Shown piece by piece: positions 1 to 13,533 of a stretch of DNA of 64,000 bases. Each line of letters opens with the position of its first letter. Position 1 is the stretch's first letter. The stretch covers positions 186,001-250,000 of the forward strand of contig JASVEC010000020.1 of NCBI GenBank assembly GCA_030770535.1, given 5' to 3'. This DNA comes from Batkoa obscura (lineage: Eukaryota). The notes under the pieces are model-generated. The model ran no database searches, had not been told where the DNA came from, and saw only the letters and a program-made list of their open reading frames with translations. Position numbers and translations under genes: made by a program.

Positions 1-1642
1 TAAATATTAACAGCATTTTGTTATCTAATTTCTTGTCAATTTTTTTTAAAATATTCCATTTTTTATCATCTATTAATTTCAAGCATACCAAATTTTCAAC
101 ATTAATATTTTCAATTTCAATTATATGTTGTGGTAAACTAGGTATATCTGTAGGTTTGACACCTTCATAACTATCCCCACTATATTCATATAATAATCCT
201 TTTTCATTAATACTCGTTTTTTTTTGTAATGTTGGGTTATTACGATTGTTACTATGATATTTTTTATATGTATTCTTAAAATTAGGATTACTATTGATAT
301 TCTTGATTCCATTATTATTAATCTTAACATTATTATTTCCATTATTATTAAATTTTGGATTATTAGGATCAAATAATTCCCTACCTCTCACTGGTTTTCG
401 TCGTTCAAATTCACTACTATAACTCATCATATTATAATTATAATTATAATAATAAACATTACTATTATTATTATAACTATCACTATAATTACTATAATTG
501 CCATTATAATTACAATACTTTAAATCTTGATTTGGATTATATTGTGTTGAAGGAGAGGATATATTATTGTTATTATAATTAGAATATTTATATTCATTTT
601 CATTCAAACTATTTTCTGGATAATAATTATAATTATAATTAGGATCGTATGGATAATAAAATGGTGGCGATTGTTGTACATTATTAGTAGTGGTATAATT
701 TGAATTGTATGAATTCACCGGATTACTCATATAATATGACTGTTGTTGTGGCTGTTTATAATAATAATTATTACTATCATTATTATAATTATCATTATTA
801 TTTTCTGCTTTTAAATTTAGCTGATTACTATTATTATTATTTTCGCTTTGTCCATTTAATTTATCATTACTATTATTATTATTACTATTGATACTATTTC
901 CATTTGTACTTCTAACACTAGTGCTTACACTTGTTGAGTCTCTAATTTCACTGTTTTTATCATCACTGGTTTGTGAACAAGTATCCAACTGAAGATTTGA
1001 AATCTTTGATTCTACAGAAGCAATACTTGAAGTTGGACTTTGATTAAATATACGAGCCCTCGCTTCTTGATATCTTGCTTCTCTTAATTCTAGTCTTAGT
1101 TGTAATTCTTTTTCTAAATTAGCTTCCTTTTTGGTTAATTCTTTTTTGTCAATAGTATTCCCATTCTTTCTTTGCATAATTTTTAATGATATGGTTGGAG
1201 TTTCGACTTCATTTTCAATTAAATCACTGATACGTATTATTGGTCTAGGTATTAGTGTTATTGTTAATATGCTATTACAACAATAATTCATAAATAAAAC
1301 TTACATTTCACTTAATCCTGTTTTATTTAATATCATCGTCTTTTTAATTTTATCCAAGTTATGTTCCAATTTAAAATAATCAGCAATACGGTGAATCACT
1401 CTTCTTTGGTAAGAATTCATTTGTGGAAACTCCAATTCAGTACGACTAATAATATATCAAATAAATTCATCAATTAAATTACTTTTATCTAGTTAATAAA
1501 TAATAAAATACTACCTCTCATCTAAAATAAACGCTTCCAATTCTTTATCTAATTTCAATAAAAATAGTCGATCCTTAGGTATTTTGATTGCACTTAATAA
1601 AAAGCCATCAATAGTATCGTAACTTTCTATTTCATTTTTCAT
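1..1642 (-). CDS. R3H + SUZ domain RNA-binding protein (spliced, 3' end runs off the window)
   Basis: Manual minus-strand translation: MKNEIESYDTIDGFLLSAIKIPKDRLFLLKLDKELEAFILDE / intron / RTELEFPQMNSYQRRVIHRIADYFKLEH (R3H motif) / intron / ...LKIMQRK...ELREARYQEARARIFNQ (SUZ-like), followed by an Asn/Tyr low-complexity region. Confidence 0.8.
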
Positions 1643-1883
1643 CTTCTTGAATCTTATTGACGTTAACTATTATTAAATTGATAAAAGCAGATAGGGGATA
1701 TAAAAAAATCAATTATTTATTTTATTTTATCTTTATTGGGAATTTCTATTATTATCTTTCTGTTTTAAGTAAAGTTGCTTCTATTTTTGAATTACACCAA
1801 TGAAAATTAGGCCACTCGATCAAAAGAATAGCCTAATTGGTTAGATCCTAAAAGCTATTTATTTTTAGAAATTCATTGAGAGG

Positions 1884-1978
1884 AGGGATATATTTTTTTG
1901 TTTATAATTTTATTAACAATCTTTCCACTCAAATAGTGCTTGAAAAATGGAAAAAATAATGAAATCAAAAAAACTCTT
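1884..1978 (+). mobile_element. MITE family copy (degenerate ends)
   Basis: Internal sequence matches the family core (ttattaacaatctttccactcaaatagtgcttgaaaaatggaaaaaataatgaaatcaaaaaaac). Confidence 0.7.
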
Positions 1979-2580
1979 AGGGTTGTTTTTTTGACTCTCC
2001 TAATCTCAGGTATTAACAATGCTTTTATTTTAATAAAGAAACAAAGGAAATTTTAACAATTAGTATACAAAAGCGATAAAAAATATCAATGGTTTGAGAG
2101 ATCTTATTTTATTATAAGACAAACATCAACAGCGGATTTTATTTTGAAATTAAAAGTGATGCTTTCCTTTGAAACCCATCCTATTTATTAAATCTTCTCA
2201 AAGATAAGCTCATCATATTTATGTGTATTAAATTCAAATTAATATAATCAGAAATAAATCCATTAAATTTTGAAGTTCCATTTAAAGTTAAAAGCACATT
2301 AAAATGACAAATTATTTTACAAATTCTATTTCAAAGAAATGTAATTTAAATGTTCAATAAATACACCAAACTAAAATCAATCTTTTAGTTACTTTATAAA
2401 ATAGAAAAACAAATGCATATCTTTTAACATATAGCTTAATTGAGTGAAATATCATACATGTATCATCCTTTTGTAAGCGATAGTAATGTTGATTACAAAC
2501 TTTATATAGTTTAAGTATAGTATCAAGCTTTGAGTTAAGTAATAATTTATGTACTTTTAATTTTATCATTATTAAAAGTT

Positions 2581-2654
2581 GCTTCGGTAGTGTAGTTGGT
2601 TATCACGTCACCCTTACAAGGTGAAGGTCTCCAGTTCGAACCTGGGCTGAAGCA
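2581..2654 (+). tRNA. tRNA-Val (anticodon TAC)
   Basis: Acceptor stem GCTTCGG/CTGAAGC plus discriminator A; anticodon stem TCACC/GGTGA with loop CT-TAC-AA; T-loop GTTCGAAC; T-rich Pol III terminator immediately downstream. Confidence 0.95.
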
Positions 2655-3262
2655 CTCTTTTTATTTTAAAAGTAACTCTACAAATTTCTTAAATTTATAT
2701 TATTATAAACGAACAACCTTAATATTTTTGAAAAACTTATTATGGCTCACTATATAATAATACTACTTTTAATACTATGTTTAATTGATCAATTAAAAGC
2801 AATATTAGTTTTTTTGTATGGTCAGAGCTAGTTTATTATGTATTATCTAATTAATATATCAAATTTACTTAAATTTTAGGTATTCAGTTTATACCTCAAA
2901 TTATTGTTTTTTAATAAAGATTCATCTTAGCTATTGACATTTTTTCACAACTCCAAAGCTATACTAAATTAAATTAATTATACTATTTAGGATTAGTGAA
3001 GAAATAAACAAGTAAATAGTTTTTTAAATGCTCTCCATATTTTGTTTACAAGTTTTGATTTTTTTTAAACAATCTTATCGAATTTAAAGCATTAAACTCA
3101 GTCTGCCAATCAAACCCTTACATAAGCCACCTAAACTACAGAAACCAAAAGTTTACCAAATTTGATCAATTTTTGATGACCCAGAAGGAAGGGAGTAAAA
3201 GTAACGAAACAACTTTGACAAAGCAACAAGAAAATAAAAGCAACAGTCTATTAATTATCAAT

Positions 3263-4170
3263 ATGTTGATACTATTCTCTTCAATTACGATTTATTTTTT
3301 ACTGAATTTTGTACAATCAAGTACAGGTCAAGATAACCCAGAATCCGAATTACCAGTACCAAATAAAGGTAGAAATAAAACCGTATGAATTTGTCAAATA
3401 TTAATAGTTATTAGGCTTCGAGTATGTTACCTTTGGAAGTTTGATTAAACTTACTCATTCGGATACTGGCTATAAGTTGCATTCTTTAAATGCACAATAT
3501 GGTAACTTAAATAAATTGATAGAATAGAGCCTTTCAGATTAACATATTCAAGGTTCTGGCAGTGGTCAGCAGATTGTAACTGGTCTTAATAAGCAGGATG
3601 ATCATGATAGTTTTTGGACAGTAAGAACAGAAGTTGGTAAAAAAGGGGTTGAGAATGGGTAAGCTTTTCAATTATTTTGGAATTAAATGATTTAAATTAT
3701 TATTTCAACAGTACTCCAGTGAAATGTGGTAGTATAATAAATTTATCCCATCTAAATACAGGATCTTATTTGCATTCACATATTCATGAATCACCATTAT
3801 CCTCCAATCAAGAAGTATCTTGCTTTGCGGGCAACGACCAAGGTAATAATTTATTGAATCTAATTTCGTCTTTAACTAACAGCTTTTTATGGGAAAAAGG
3901 TGACAACTGGCAATTAATTTGTCAAGAAACTTATTGGACCAGAGAAAATAAAATTCAATTTTTACATGTAGATACTAAAAAATATTTAGCTAGTGATAAG
4001 AAACATGTATTTCCACATCCTATACAAGGACAGTTGGAAATCTTTGGTAAAAAAAAGGCAGATGAAAGTACTTATTGGAGGGCTCAGGTGAAGTTTTTTT
4101 AATACGTTTAAGGATTGATATTGATATTTATTTATAGGAAGGAGTTTATTTTGCTTCAAATGTAGAATAA
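3263..4170 (+). CDS. SDF2: Stromal cell-derived factor 2-like ER protein (signal peptide + MIR domains), about 6 exons
   Basis: Spliced translation MLILFSSITIYFLLNFVQS...YVTFGSLIKLTHSDTGYKLHS...YG-SGSGQQIVTG...DSFWTVR...PVKCGSIINLSHLNTGSYLHSH..ESPLSSNQEVSCF...GDNW...PIQGQLEI...WRAQ-EGVYF matches the SDF2 family pattern. Confidence 0.9.
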
Positions 4171-4391
4171 TCAAAATTACAAAGAAGCTAGTAAGAAGGT
4201 ACAAATAAGATTTAAAATTATATAGGCTTTTAAGTTAAACCTAGATTAAAATAAAATTTTATTGTTTTATAATATCGTTTTTATTTATTAATGTTGAATA
4301 TGTATTAGTCAAGCTTTATTTTAAAAATAAAAAATGATAAAGTTTCAAAAAAGTATTATATTTATATATAAGCAGTCTCCTGGAAAAGTTT

Positions 4392-5154
4392 TTAAACAAT
4401 ACTTGAAAACACATTCTTTATCATCCTCCTAAAAAGAAAATAAATAATCATCAATAGTAATAATAAAATCTTATTACCTTGCAAATGGAACATAAGACGC
4501 ACTAAAAAAGAACAAAGATTAGAAAAATAAGCCAAAAATTTTAAAAATCAACATTACCAATACCACAGAAGTGCCAAAAACTGAATAATCATAAGGATGA
4601 TGGTAAGTAAAATGGATTTTAACTAATAAAGTCAGTAAATACTATTATTTAAAAAAGCAAAAGTAAAAAAATACCCAAATAGCCATAACTAAAGTGACAA
4701 TTAAAGCTACAATATAGATAATAAAAGCTACCAACCGTACTTAACAAAATCATTAGAAATGAAAAATTTCAAGACAAAAAATAATTTACCTGGTGCTGTC
4801 ATCATTTTGAGTTGTCTTGCGAAACCTATTAAGAACATAGAACTAATTCAAGTCTTTAAAAACCATGAATTTATGAATATATAAAAAAATACCTTAAAAG
4901 GCATAGTATATTACCAAGACAATATAAAATAGCAAAACCATCAATATTCAATGAAGAAAGCGAAATAACAGACTAAGAAAAAGAGGGTTAATTTAAATAT
5001 TAATATTGTTAATAAAACATACCAATATTGAAACAATAAACCCAGCAATAAAACAAATTAAAAAACCATACATTCTTTGTTCCCAAGTTAAATTAAAATA
5101 AGAGCATGGATTCTCTTGTAGAGCTATACTGCTATCCGTTTCAAATAAAGGCAT
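4392..5154 (-). CDS. SFT2: Got1/Sft2-family vesicle transport membrane protein, 7 exons
   Basis: MPLFETDS...FNLTWEQRMYGFLICFIAGFIVSIL...FAILYCLGNILCLL-SMFLIGFARQLKMMTAP-RLVAFIIY...IQFLALLWY-ASYVPFA-RRMIKNVFSSIV*; includes a 24-nt exon. Confidence 0.85.
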
Positions 5155-5322
5155 TGTAAAATTATTAAAAATCAAAAAAGTGATGATAAAAAAAGTAGAA
5201 TTTTAGAAATTTCTTTCTTTTATTCTTATTGCGGGGAATTAGTTTGCAAAGGATGGACTAAAGAGAGAAATTAATTTCAAACTTCATTTTTTTTCGACAA
5301 ACTAATTCCAAAAAATTAAAAC

Positions 5323-7026
5323 ATGAGCCAAGTAATTAAGGTGGGCGATTATGTGATGCTTAAAATGCCAAGTACCAATCAGAAGATGGTTGTTATTAAA
5401 GAGAAGGGGTAATTGAATCCATTTAAAGAAGATTTAGCAATGTCTTATGTTACTTTATAGTACCGTTTCCTTAGGCAAGTTTGGTAGTTTTCCCACCAGT
5501 GATATCATTGGCAAACCATATGGGCTTTTATTCGAGATAATTAATGAAAGGGCAGTATCTTCACAAAATAAGTTTAGTTTTGAAGAAGTTGGTAAGATGA
5601 ATTTAAAGTTCGAGATGTTTTGATGTTGATTTTCCATAAAAAAATAGCTGAAACGGAAGCGAATAATCAACATATAGTTGATAATGCTGAAAATCAAAAG
5701 ATTTCTCAGGCTGATATCGAAGTTTTAAAGAATAAAATTACAGCTGGAGATACTACTGCGAAGGTAAAAGTCGTTTTCAGTTTTTATAAAATAATTATGA
5801 AATGAGGTTTTAGGAAGTGATTGAACATGTAGTAGCTAATCACTCCAAGTTTGATGAAAAAACAGAATATTCTAAAGCCAAATATATCAAAAGAAAAGAA
5901 AAGAAGTAAAACTTATTTAAAAATCAATGTCATTGTATTAATATATATTTAGGTTTTTGAGATTTTTTATTCCTTTAGTGCCCTCGACATTTAATATCTG
6001 TGAATTCTTTCACTTGAAAAATCCATCAAAGATAAAGTAAAAATTTTGTTGAATATCAGTATTATTAGATTTAATGTAATTCGATAGAGACTTACGTATG
6101 GATACCTTATCACAGATGCTAACAATTGGTAATGTTCAACCCAATTCAAAAATATTAGTAGTTGAGGATACAAATGGATTAGTATTATCTTCTATTTTGG
6201 ATAGAATGGGAGGTAAGCTCCAGTAGTTTGTATTCATCATGTGTAATGACGTTTTTTATTAAGGGTTAGGTCATCTCGTATATTTATATGATACTGATTA
6301 TGCAAATATTGATGTGTTAAGATATTATAATTTTGAACAGAAAATAATGGATCCATTATTCACTATAAGATGGGAAAAATTTGGCAAAGATTATGGTAAC
6401 CTTATTTTATTCATATACTTTAATATTCTTATTTTTTTAGTCCCAGAAGAGTTGGAACCTATCCCCGATAATATTAGCGAAGTAGCTAAGGTACGTAATC
6501 AAAAAAAGATAAAGAATCGAGAAGATTTTATTAAAAATCATGCATTATTGCATCAAGGGGACTTTGATGGGTAATTGAATTATAGTCACTATTTAATTAC
6601 TTATTATTGTTTTAAATTAGTTTATTTATAGCTTCAAGTACTATAGACCCTTACTCAATTATTGCTAAATTAAGTCCACTCTTAGCTCCTTCTAGACCAA
6701 TTATTGTATATTCAATGCACAAAGAGGTACTACTTTATATGAAATTCAACCAATATATAACTTATATCTAAATACATATTTTTTAGATACTTATCAATAC
6801 TAGCATAAAATTAAAGGATGAGAAACAATATTTAAATCCAATCCTTACCGAGTCTTGGTTAAGAAAATATCAAGTATTACCATCACGTACCCATCCGGAA
6901 ATGAATACTTCAGCACAAGCTGGATATTTATTATCTACTACCAAAGTATTGGACTTAGGCGATTCAACACCTATCACTTCCAAGGTGATTAATTCTGAAA
7001 AAAAATTAAAAGTGGAAGAATCTTAA
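5323..7026 (+). CDS. TRM6: tRNA (adenine-58-N1)-methyltransferase non-catalytic subunit (Gcd10/Trm6), multi-exon
   Basis: Motifs VSLGKFGSF..IIGKPYG, NHSKFDEKTEYSKAKYIKRKEKK, LRMDTLSQMLTIGNV, LAPSRPIIVYS, LTESWLRKYQVLPSRTHPEMNTSAQAGYLLS. Divergent from SFT2 with ~170 bp between start codons. Confidence 0.92.
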
Positions 7027-8191
7027 AAGTATAAAATATAGAGAATAAAATATTAGTAAGCATTATGATTATTTCAAAAATTAAGATCATTTTTTATACT
7101 GTAATGATACTAGAGATTAACTATACAAGATATTACTTTCATTTTCATTGTTGGTAATAGTTAATTACTTTTTAATAATCGTTGAAGTTTTAGTTTTATC
7201 GCATTTTCCAATGTTCTTATAAAATATCTATACTTTACCATTAAATATGATAATAATAAAGTGATTACATACTTGAGTGTATGCGAAAAAATTAATATGA
7301 ATTTGGAATATTGCTATTTTAGGCCCCCAATAAATCTCTCATGCAAAGTCTTAATGAGCATTCAAATGTTCAATTTTTATTTAGTAAATACTTAAAACCA
7401 TTTTTTTTTTCCTGGGAAATTTAGTTGCTATATTACTGTACCAGTAAATTAAACACATAGTTATTAATATCAAACGAGAATTGAGTAGAAAACTATTTAA
7501 GGCAATGAGATTGATTGAAAATATAGACTACTATAGGCGATATAGATTTAACACATAATTATAAATAATATAGGCACGAAATCAAACTACTGTGAACACT
7601 CAAAATTCATGCCTACACAACTTACTTTATTGTTGTAGAATTTATTATTTCAAAGTTTCAGTCAAAAATAATAATTCATACCATTTCATCACCACGTTTG
7701 ATTTTAACATTAAATTCGTTTAAGATGAATACAAAACTTTACATTTCTTCGTAAACTGTTTTGTATCTATTGGATGTAAGCATTATTAGCTTGAGCTTTT
7801 ATAAGTAGCGCTTTGGTCGGTGATCTTGCTGAGATGATTATCATCAGTGGTCCAAGATCGTATTAAAAAACAGATTTTTCTAACTTTTAAACATTTAGAT
7901 ATAGTTAAAACTTCAATTTGGAATTAAACTAAAAATATTCAGGAGATATACATAAAGCAAAATGACAGATCTTAATGTTGGGTTAAACAAAACCTAGTAA
8001 ATAATTTAGCAAATGGAACAGATTTTGCTAAGTCATTTGTATTAAACTATTTTTCTTTCATAAACTCAATACAACCAATGAAAAGATCAAAATGACCATT
8101 TTTCAATTTACCCCAATCAAATCAGCTAATTTTAAATTGTATACGTGTATAAATTCAATTTTTACTATTTTCCTTATCTATAACTTTTAAG

Positions 8192-10216
8192 ATGAAGCAA
8201 GTTTCGTTATTATGGTTAGCTTATAGCATCGGCTTAATAGCAAGTAATGAAGACGTAAAAGAAGAAAATAAAATTGCCGAAGAACAATTACCTAGTTTTA
8301 AAGTAACTTCTTATTCACTCAACAATTTAAACACTAATTTTTGTATTAATAGCCATTTAAAGCTGACTTTACTCCGCCATTTTTAGAGCAATTTAGCAAA
8401 GCAAGCTTCAATGATCGCTGGGTCAAAAGCGAAGCTATAAAAGTAGTCAAAAATGAAAAGGGCGAAGCACAAGAAGAGATGGCCTATAATGGCGTATGGA
8501 GCTTAGAAGAGCCTATTAAAAATGGAGCCTTTAAAGGAGATGTTGGTTTAGTTTTAAAAGATAAAGCAAAGCATCATGCTATTTCAACTCTTTTGCCTAA
8601 ACCTATTGAGTTTTTGGATGAACCTCTCGTACTTCAATATGAAGTAAAGATGCAAGATGGCTTAGAGTGTGGTGGTGCTTACCTTAAGTTGTTAACTTAC
8701 GATTCTAAGTTTGAACCCAGCAAGTTTGATGATAAAACACCTTATACTATTATGTTTGGCCCAGATCGTTGTGGATCATCTAACAAAGTTCATTTTATCT
8801 TCCGTCACTTAAATCCAATTACAAAACAATATGAAGAGAAGCATTTAATTGATCCACCATTTGCTAAATATACTTCTAAGTTCACAGTACTTTATACATT
8901 AATTGTCAAGTAAGTATTATATCATTGTTTCTATAGCTATTACTAATTTCTATTATTTTAGTCCTGATAATACATTCGAAATTTTAACAGATCAAGAGTC
9001 AGTTAAAAAGGGATCTCTTTTAGAAAACTTTTCACCTTCTGTAAATCCAGAAAAAGAAATCGACGATAAGGATGACAAAAAGCCAGAAGATTGGGAAGAT
9101 GAAGAATATATTCCAGATGTAGATGCAGTTAAACCAGAAGATTGGGATGAGTCAGCACCCGAGTCCATCCCTGATCCAAAAGCAGTAAAGCCAGAAGATT
9201 GGTTGGTAGATGAGCCTTTGTATGTGCCTGACCTTAATGCATCCAAACCAGAAGACTGGAATGACGAAGAAGATGGTGATTTTATCCCACCTTCAATTCC
9301 AAATCCAAAGTGTGAAAAAGTTTCAGGTTGTGGAGAATGGAAACCACCTATCATTCCAAATCCAGACTTCAGAGGTTTATGGATCAGACCACAGATTAAA
9401 AATCCAAAATACAAAGGAGAATGGAAGCCAAAAAAAATCACAAATCCAGATTATTACGAAGATTTAAAGCCATCAAAGTTTAATAAGGTTGGTGCTATTG
9501 GTTTTGAATTATGGACAATGCAAAATGACATTTTATTTGATAATATTTATTTGGGGCATTCTATTAAAGAAGCAAATGAAATTGCTAAACAAACTTGGAA
9601 ATTAAAGAAAGATTATGAATCTTTGAAAGAAGATGTTAAACCAACTAACAAAGAAACAGTAAGTTATAATATTATTGAATTAATAAATTATTTATTAATA
9701 TATTCATTTAATAGAGTACTAATGCTGCTTGGTCATTTGATAGAATATACAAATTAGTCTTGGAAGAATTAACTGAGTTTATTGTATTAGCTCAAAGGGA
9801 AGACATTGGAGAAGCAGTGTACAAGAAACCCAAGGCATTTGGACTTTCTTTAATAGTTCTCTTTTTTATTTGGTTAATACTATATACTACTATTAGTTTC
9901 CTTTTCCCAGCACCACAAGTAAGTTTAATTTAATTTAGCTAATATTATTATACTAACATATTTTTTGTAGTTACATGATGATATCCATAATGCTACTCAA
10001 CAAAATAAGAAAGAAGATATCTCTAGTCCAGATGATGACGAAAAAAATAATGAAAGTAAATTTGAGGAATCTTTCATATCAAAAGCATCCATGAATGCTA
10101 ACGCTTCTAAAATCAATTTAGACAAGTCTATGAATGAATCCATGAATCAGTCTATGAATCAGTCTATGAATCAATCTATGAATCAATCTAAAATCATTGA
10201 ACAAGATGATGAATAA
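8192..10216 (+). CDS. CNE1: Calnexin (signal peptide, lectin domain, P-domain repeats, TM, cytosolic tail), about 5 exons
   Basis: [35 protein letters not shown], repeated KPEDWD and GEWKP/IPNP motifs, [17 protein letters not shown], a hydrophobic TM exon; stop at 10214-10216. Confidence 0.95.
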
Positions 10217-11145
10217 ATAAATTTTAATTTTATATAAATAAATTTTAAGTTTAAAAATATCATTGTATTTGTTTTATTTTTTATATGTTTACTGTTATTT
10301 ATAAATAAACGCCTGGTTTTTTTCTCCTTCTTTGGTTGTATTTTGATACCTTGATTAATTAAATCTTTCATTCTATTTTTTACTACTATCTTTACTACTT
10401 GTTTAGCAAATACTTTAGATAAACTAGTAGAATCTAAACTATATATGAAAACCTGTTAAATAGCATGTTTTAATTAGTCTACTTATTATCCCTCGAAACC
10501 TTTTAGAAAAGAGATATCAAACACATCACTTAAAGATTGAGTAAATGATGTGACTTCAGTAGAATTATGAAAAAAACTCACATAGCTGCTTCAACTTTAT
10601 TACAACTCAATTAACTATTTATTTAGGGATAAAATTTTACTAAAATCATACTAAAGCATTAAGAGTACGCATTAAAAAAAGCTAAGCAAACAAGTATCTG
10701 ACTCTAAAAACTATTGCAAATTACTCAGAGTAGAGTTACTGTGGCTGTAAGCCATAACAATAAAAATAAACTTACCTGTTGATACAAAACAGAGTAAACT
10801 TGAATAAAAATTTATAAGCAATAAAAAATATATTGTTTAATATGCAAATTTAGTTGTTAAAATGAATAAAATAATGGTATAAAAATATTTATTTTTCTTT
10901 TGATGGATTTTTCCCTTTCCTTTTTGCTAATTTCTTCCCCCTAAATACATGTCTCGATAAGTCTTTTCTTTTCTTTTCTTTTCTTTTGTTTTCTTTGAAT
11001 ACTAGTTGCCTTTTATAATTAGGTTTAATGCCTAATTCATCTGCAATTCCTTTTTTTAGTCTTTTTTTCAAAAAACTCCTTATATAAGATGCTCTTTGAC
11101 TCTGCACTTATCCTGGTACAAGAACTATTAATAAAATCATACATA

Positions 11146-11246
11146 TGGGGATGTATTTCTTTGTTTAAGGATTTTACTAGCAACTTTTCCACTTAAATAG
11201 CGCTTTAAAAATGAAAAACGTGGTGAAACCAAAAAAAATATCCTCA
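11146..11246 (+). mobile_element. MITE family copy
   Basis: TA-TGGGGATGTA...AAAAAAAATATCCTCA-TA; 101 bp with terminal inverted repeats and TA on both sides. Confidence 0.85.
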
Positions 11247-11313
11247 TATGCTAAATCATAGTTTAATATTTTAGATAAATAATAAAATAAATTTTGCTTG
11301 TCGTTTTATTATT

Positions 11314-11411
11314 TGGGGATGTATTTTTTCGTCCAAAAATTCTACTACAATCTTTCCATTCAAATAGCGCTTAAAAAATGGGGAAGTAATGAAACCAAAA
11401 AAACAGCCCTA
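11314..11411 (+). mobile_element. MITE family copy
   Basis: TGGGGATGTATTTT...caaatagcgcttaaaaaatg...gaaaccaaaaaaacagcccta. Confidence 0.8.
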
Positions 11412-11738
11412 TTTAACTATGAAATGCTGAGTCTTAATACTGATAGCCTATTTATTATAGTAATTTAAATTTACCAAACGTAGCCTTGTTTTTATTTCTA
11501 TATTTTGTTTAGAATTTAAAATGATTATGCAATTTTTATTATTTAATTTTTTATTTTAATAGTTATGCTTTCTTAAGTATTAATATATGATTTATATAAT
11601 TTTTTTATTAAAATATTTTTCTAACCTTTCTTTATTTTTTATCTCTATATTTATTTTATCTTCAAATAAGTTCTTTTTAATTACAAACTATATATTATAA
11701 AGTCTGTTTTTCTTGCTGTTTTTAAAATTACTTAGTAT

Positions 11739-12296
11739 TGTGAAATATCGCTTTGTCGGCTCTGTGATTGATTATAACATAACAATCAATCCCAAGTTTA
11801 TTTTTATTTTTATTTTTATTTTTACTTTTATTTTTATTTTCTATGAGAATTTCTGCCATTTAATTCCGGAGGACATTACTTCCCGATTTTGATACCCATA
11901 CTTGTTGGAGTATGAAAGAGATTTTAGAATATAGTAATTCGAGGCTTTTTAGTTGAATTATTTTCTGATAACGTATCTTTAATAAAGTCAATAAACTCTT
12001 CTGATAGTATTTTACGTAGATTTTACAATAGTATTGTCTATTCTATTTGTCTTATATAGTTTGTAGCATATGGGGATGTACTTTTGTGTTTAAGAATTTT
12101 ACTAACGAATTTTCCGCTTAAATAGTGCTTAAAAAATGGAAAAAATAATGAAGTCAAAAAAAACACTCCCATATTATGTGCTATTGTTCATAATTCAGGT
12201 CTATCTTAGTCACATAAACCAAGATCTTTCGACTTACGGCTAGTCAATCAAGGAAAGGCTGCTTTTAACTCCTATCACTAAGCACCAGATTTCACA
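11739..12296 (+). mobile_element. Solo LTR copy A (interrupted by a MITE and a T-rich microsatellite)
   Basis: Starts TGTGAAAT, ends ATTTCACA; collinear with 13070-13533 apart from the 12071-12171 insert. Flanks GTAT/CCAT do not form a clean TSD. Confidence 0.75.
12071..12171 (+). mobile_element. MITE family copy nested in solo LTR A, with TA target-site duplication
   Basis: ttgtagca-TA-[TGGGGATG...CTCCCA]-TA-ttatgtgct versus the empty site ttgtaacc-TA-ttgcgtgct in LTR copy B. Confidence 0.9.
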
Positions 12297-12390
12297 CCAT
12301 ACATTTAAAAGATATTAACTTAGCTACTTTCTTATCTTCTAAAGTATTAAATTATTTATTATACGTCATTTTTTTTATTTTTTATTTAAT

Positions 12391-12508
12391 ATAAGTGTTT
12401 TTTTTTGGGTTTATTACTTTTTCGATCTTTTAAGCACTATTTGAGTGGAAAAATTGTTAATGAAATCCTTAAATCCTTAAATTCTTAAATTCTTAAATAC
12501 ATCATCGT
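12391..12508 (-). mobile_element. MITE family copy (reverse, degenerate, internal tandem duplication)
   Basis: taagcactatttgagtggaaaaattgttaatgaaatcc core followed by repeated aat(c/t)cttaa. Confidence 0.7.
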
Positions 12509-12675
12509 ATACTGTTTGATAAATATTTATTATTTTTACTATTTTTATTATTTTTATTATTTTTATTATTTTTATTATTTTTATTAAACAAATGTTGATA
12601 ATAATTTTAATTTACTCATTTTTAATAATAAGTTATGTTAATATTTTATTATTATTAATTATTTTTAAATAATTA

Positions 12676-12776
12676 TGGGGATGTATTTTTGTGTTTAAGG
12701 ATTTTACCAACAACTTTTCTGTTCAAATAGCATTTAAAAGATGGAAAAAGTAATGAAGCTAAAAAAAATCCTCTTA
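12676..12776 (+). mobile_element. MITE family copy
   Basis: TA-TGGGGATGTATTTTTGTGTTTAAGG...taatgaagctaaaaaaaatcctctta. Confidence 0.8.
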
Positions 12777-12828
12777 TATTATTTTCTATTTATATTAAAT
12801 CTAAACTTTTACATTTACCAAAAAAATA

Positions 12829-12923
12829 TGGGGGTGTATCTTTTAAAAATTTTACTAACAATCTTTCTGCTCAAAAGTGCCTAAAAAATGGCAAAGGTGA
12901 TGAAATAAAAAAAAACATCCCCA
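12829..12923 (+). mobile_element. MITE family copy
   Basis: TA-TGGGGGTGTA...AAAAAACATCCCCA-TA. Confidence 0.85.
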
Positions 12924-13069
12924 TATACTCAAGTTATAATTGATGATAATGTTATTTATTAATTTTTAAACAAATTCTGGAATTAGTTTAAATATCCTTA
13001 TATAAACTATACTTAATTTGATTATAAAGGTGCAATTATTTATATATATGATTTGAATAATTAATACAG

Positions 13070-13533
13070 TGTGAAATATCGCTTTGTCAGTCCCATGGTT
13101 AATTATAACATAGCAATCGCCTAAGCTGTTGTGTTCTCGAGCTCAGAAGAAATCAATCCCATGTTCTTATTTTGATTTGTTATGAGAATTTCTAGCTTCA
13201 TCCAAAAGAATATTATCTTCTCATTTTGATATTTATACTTTTCAGAGTATAAAAGAGTTTACAGAGTATAATAGTTCGAGGCTTTTTGACTGAATTAATC
13301 CCTGATATCTCGAACATTTAATAAAGCCACTAAGTTTTCTTAATAGTATTTTACATAGATTTTACATTAGTATTGTCTATTCTATTTGTCTTATATAGCT
13401 TGTAACCTATTGCGTGCTATTTCTCATAATCCAAGTCTATCTTAGTCACATAAACTAAGACCTTTCGACTTATAGTGTAGTCAACCCAGCAATAGCTGTT
13501 CTTGACTCCAAATCCTGAGCACCAGATTTCACA
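13070..13533 (+). mobile_element. Solo LTR copy B with 4-bp TSD
   Basis: ACAG-[TGTGAAAT...ATTTCACA]-ACAG; 464 bp, TG..CA ends with 8-bp inverted termini, internal TATAAAA (~13248) followed by AATAAA (~13320). Confidence 0.8.

Noticed and set aside
121..891. ORF-track calls 121-372 and 700-891
   Set aside because: Off-frame or antisense readings of the Asn-rich exon of the R3H-SUZ gene.
8992..9467. Extra ORFs overlapping calnexin
   Set aside because: Antisense or off-frame shadows of the P-domain exon.
11739..13533. One intact LTR retrotransposon or TRIM bounded by the two LTRs
   Set aside because: Outer flanks (GTAT vs ACAG) do not match, copy B has its own TSD, and no PBS or coding remnant was visible.
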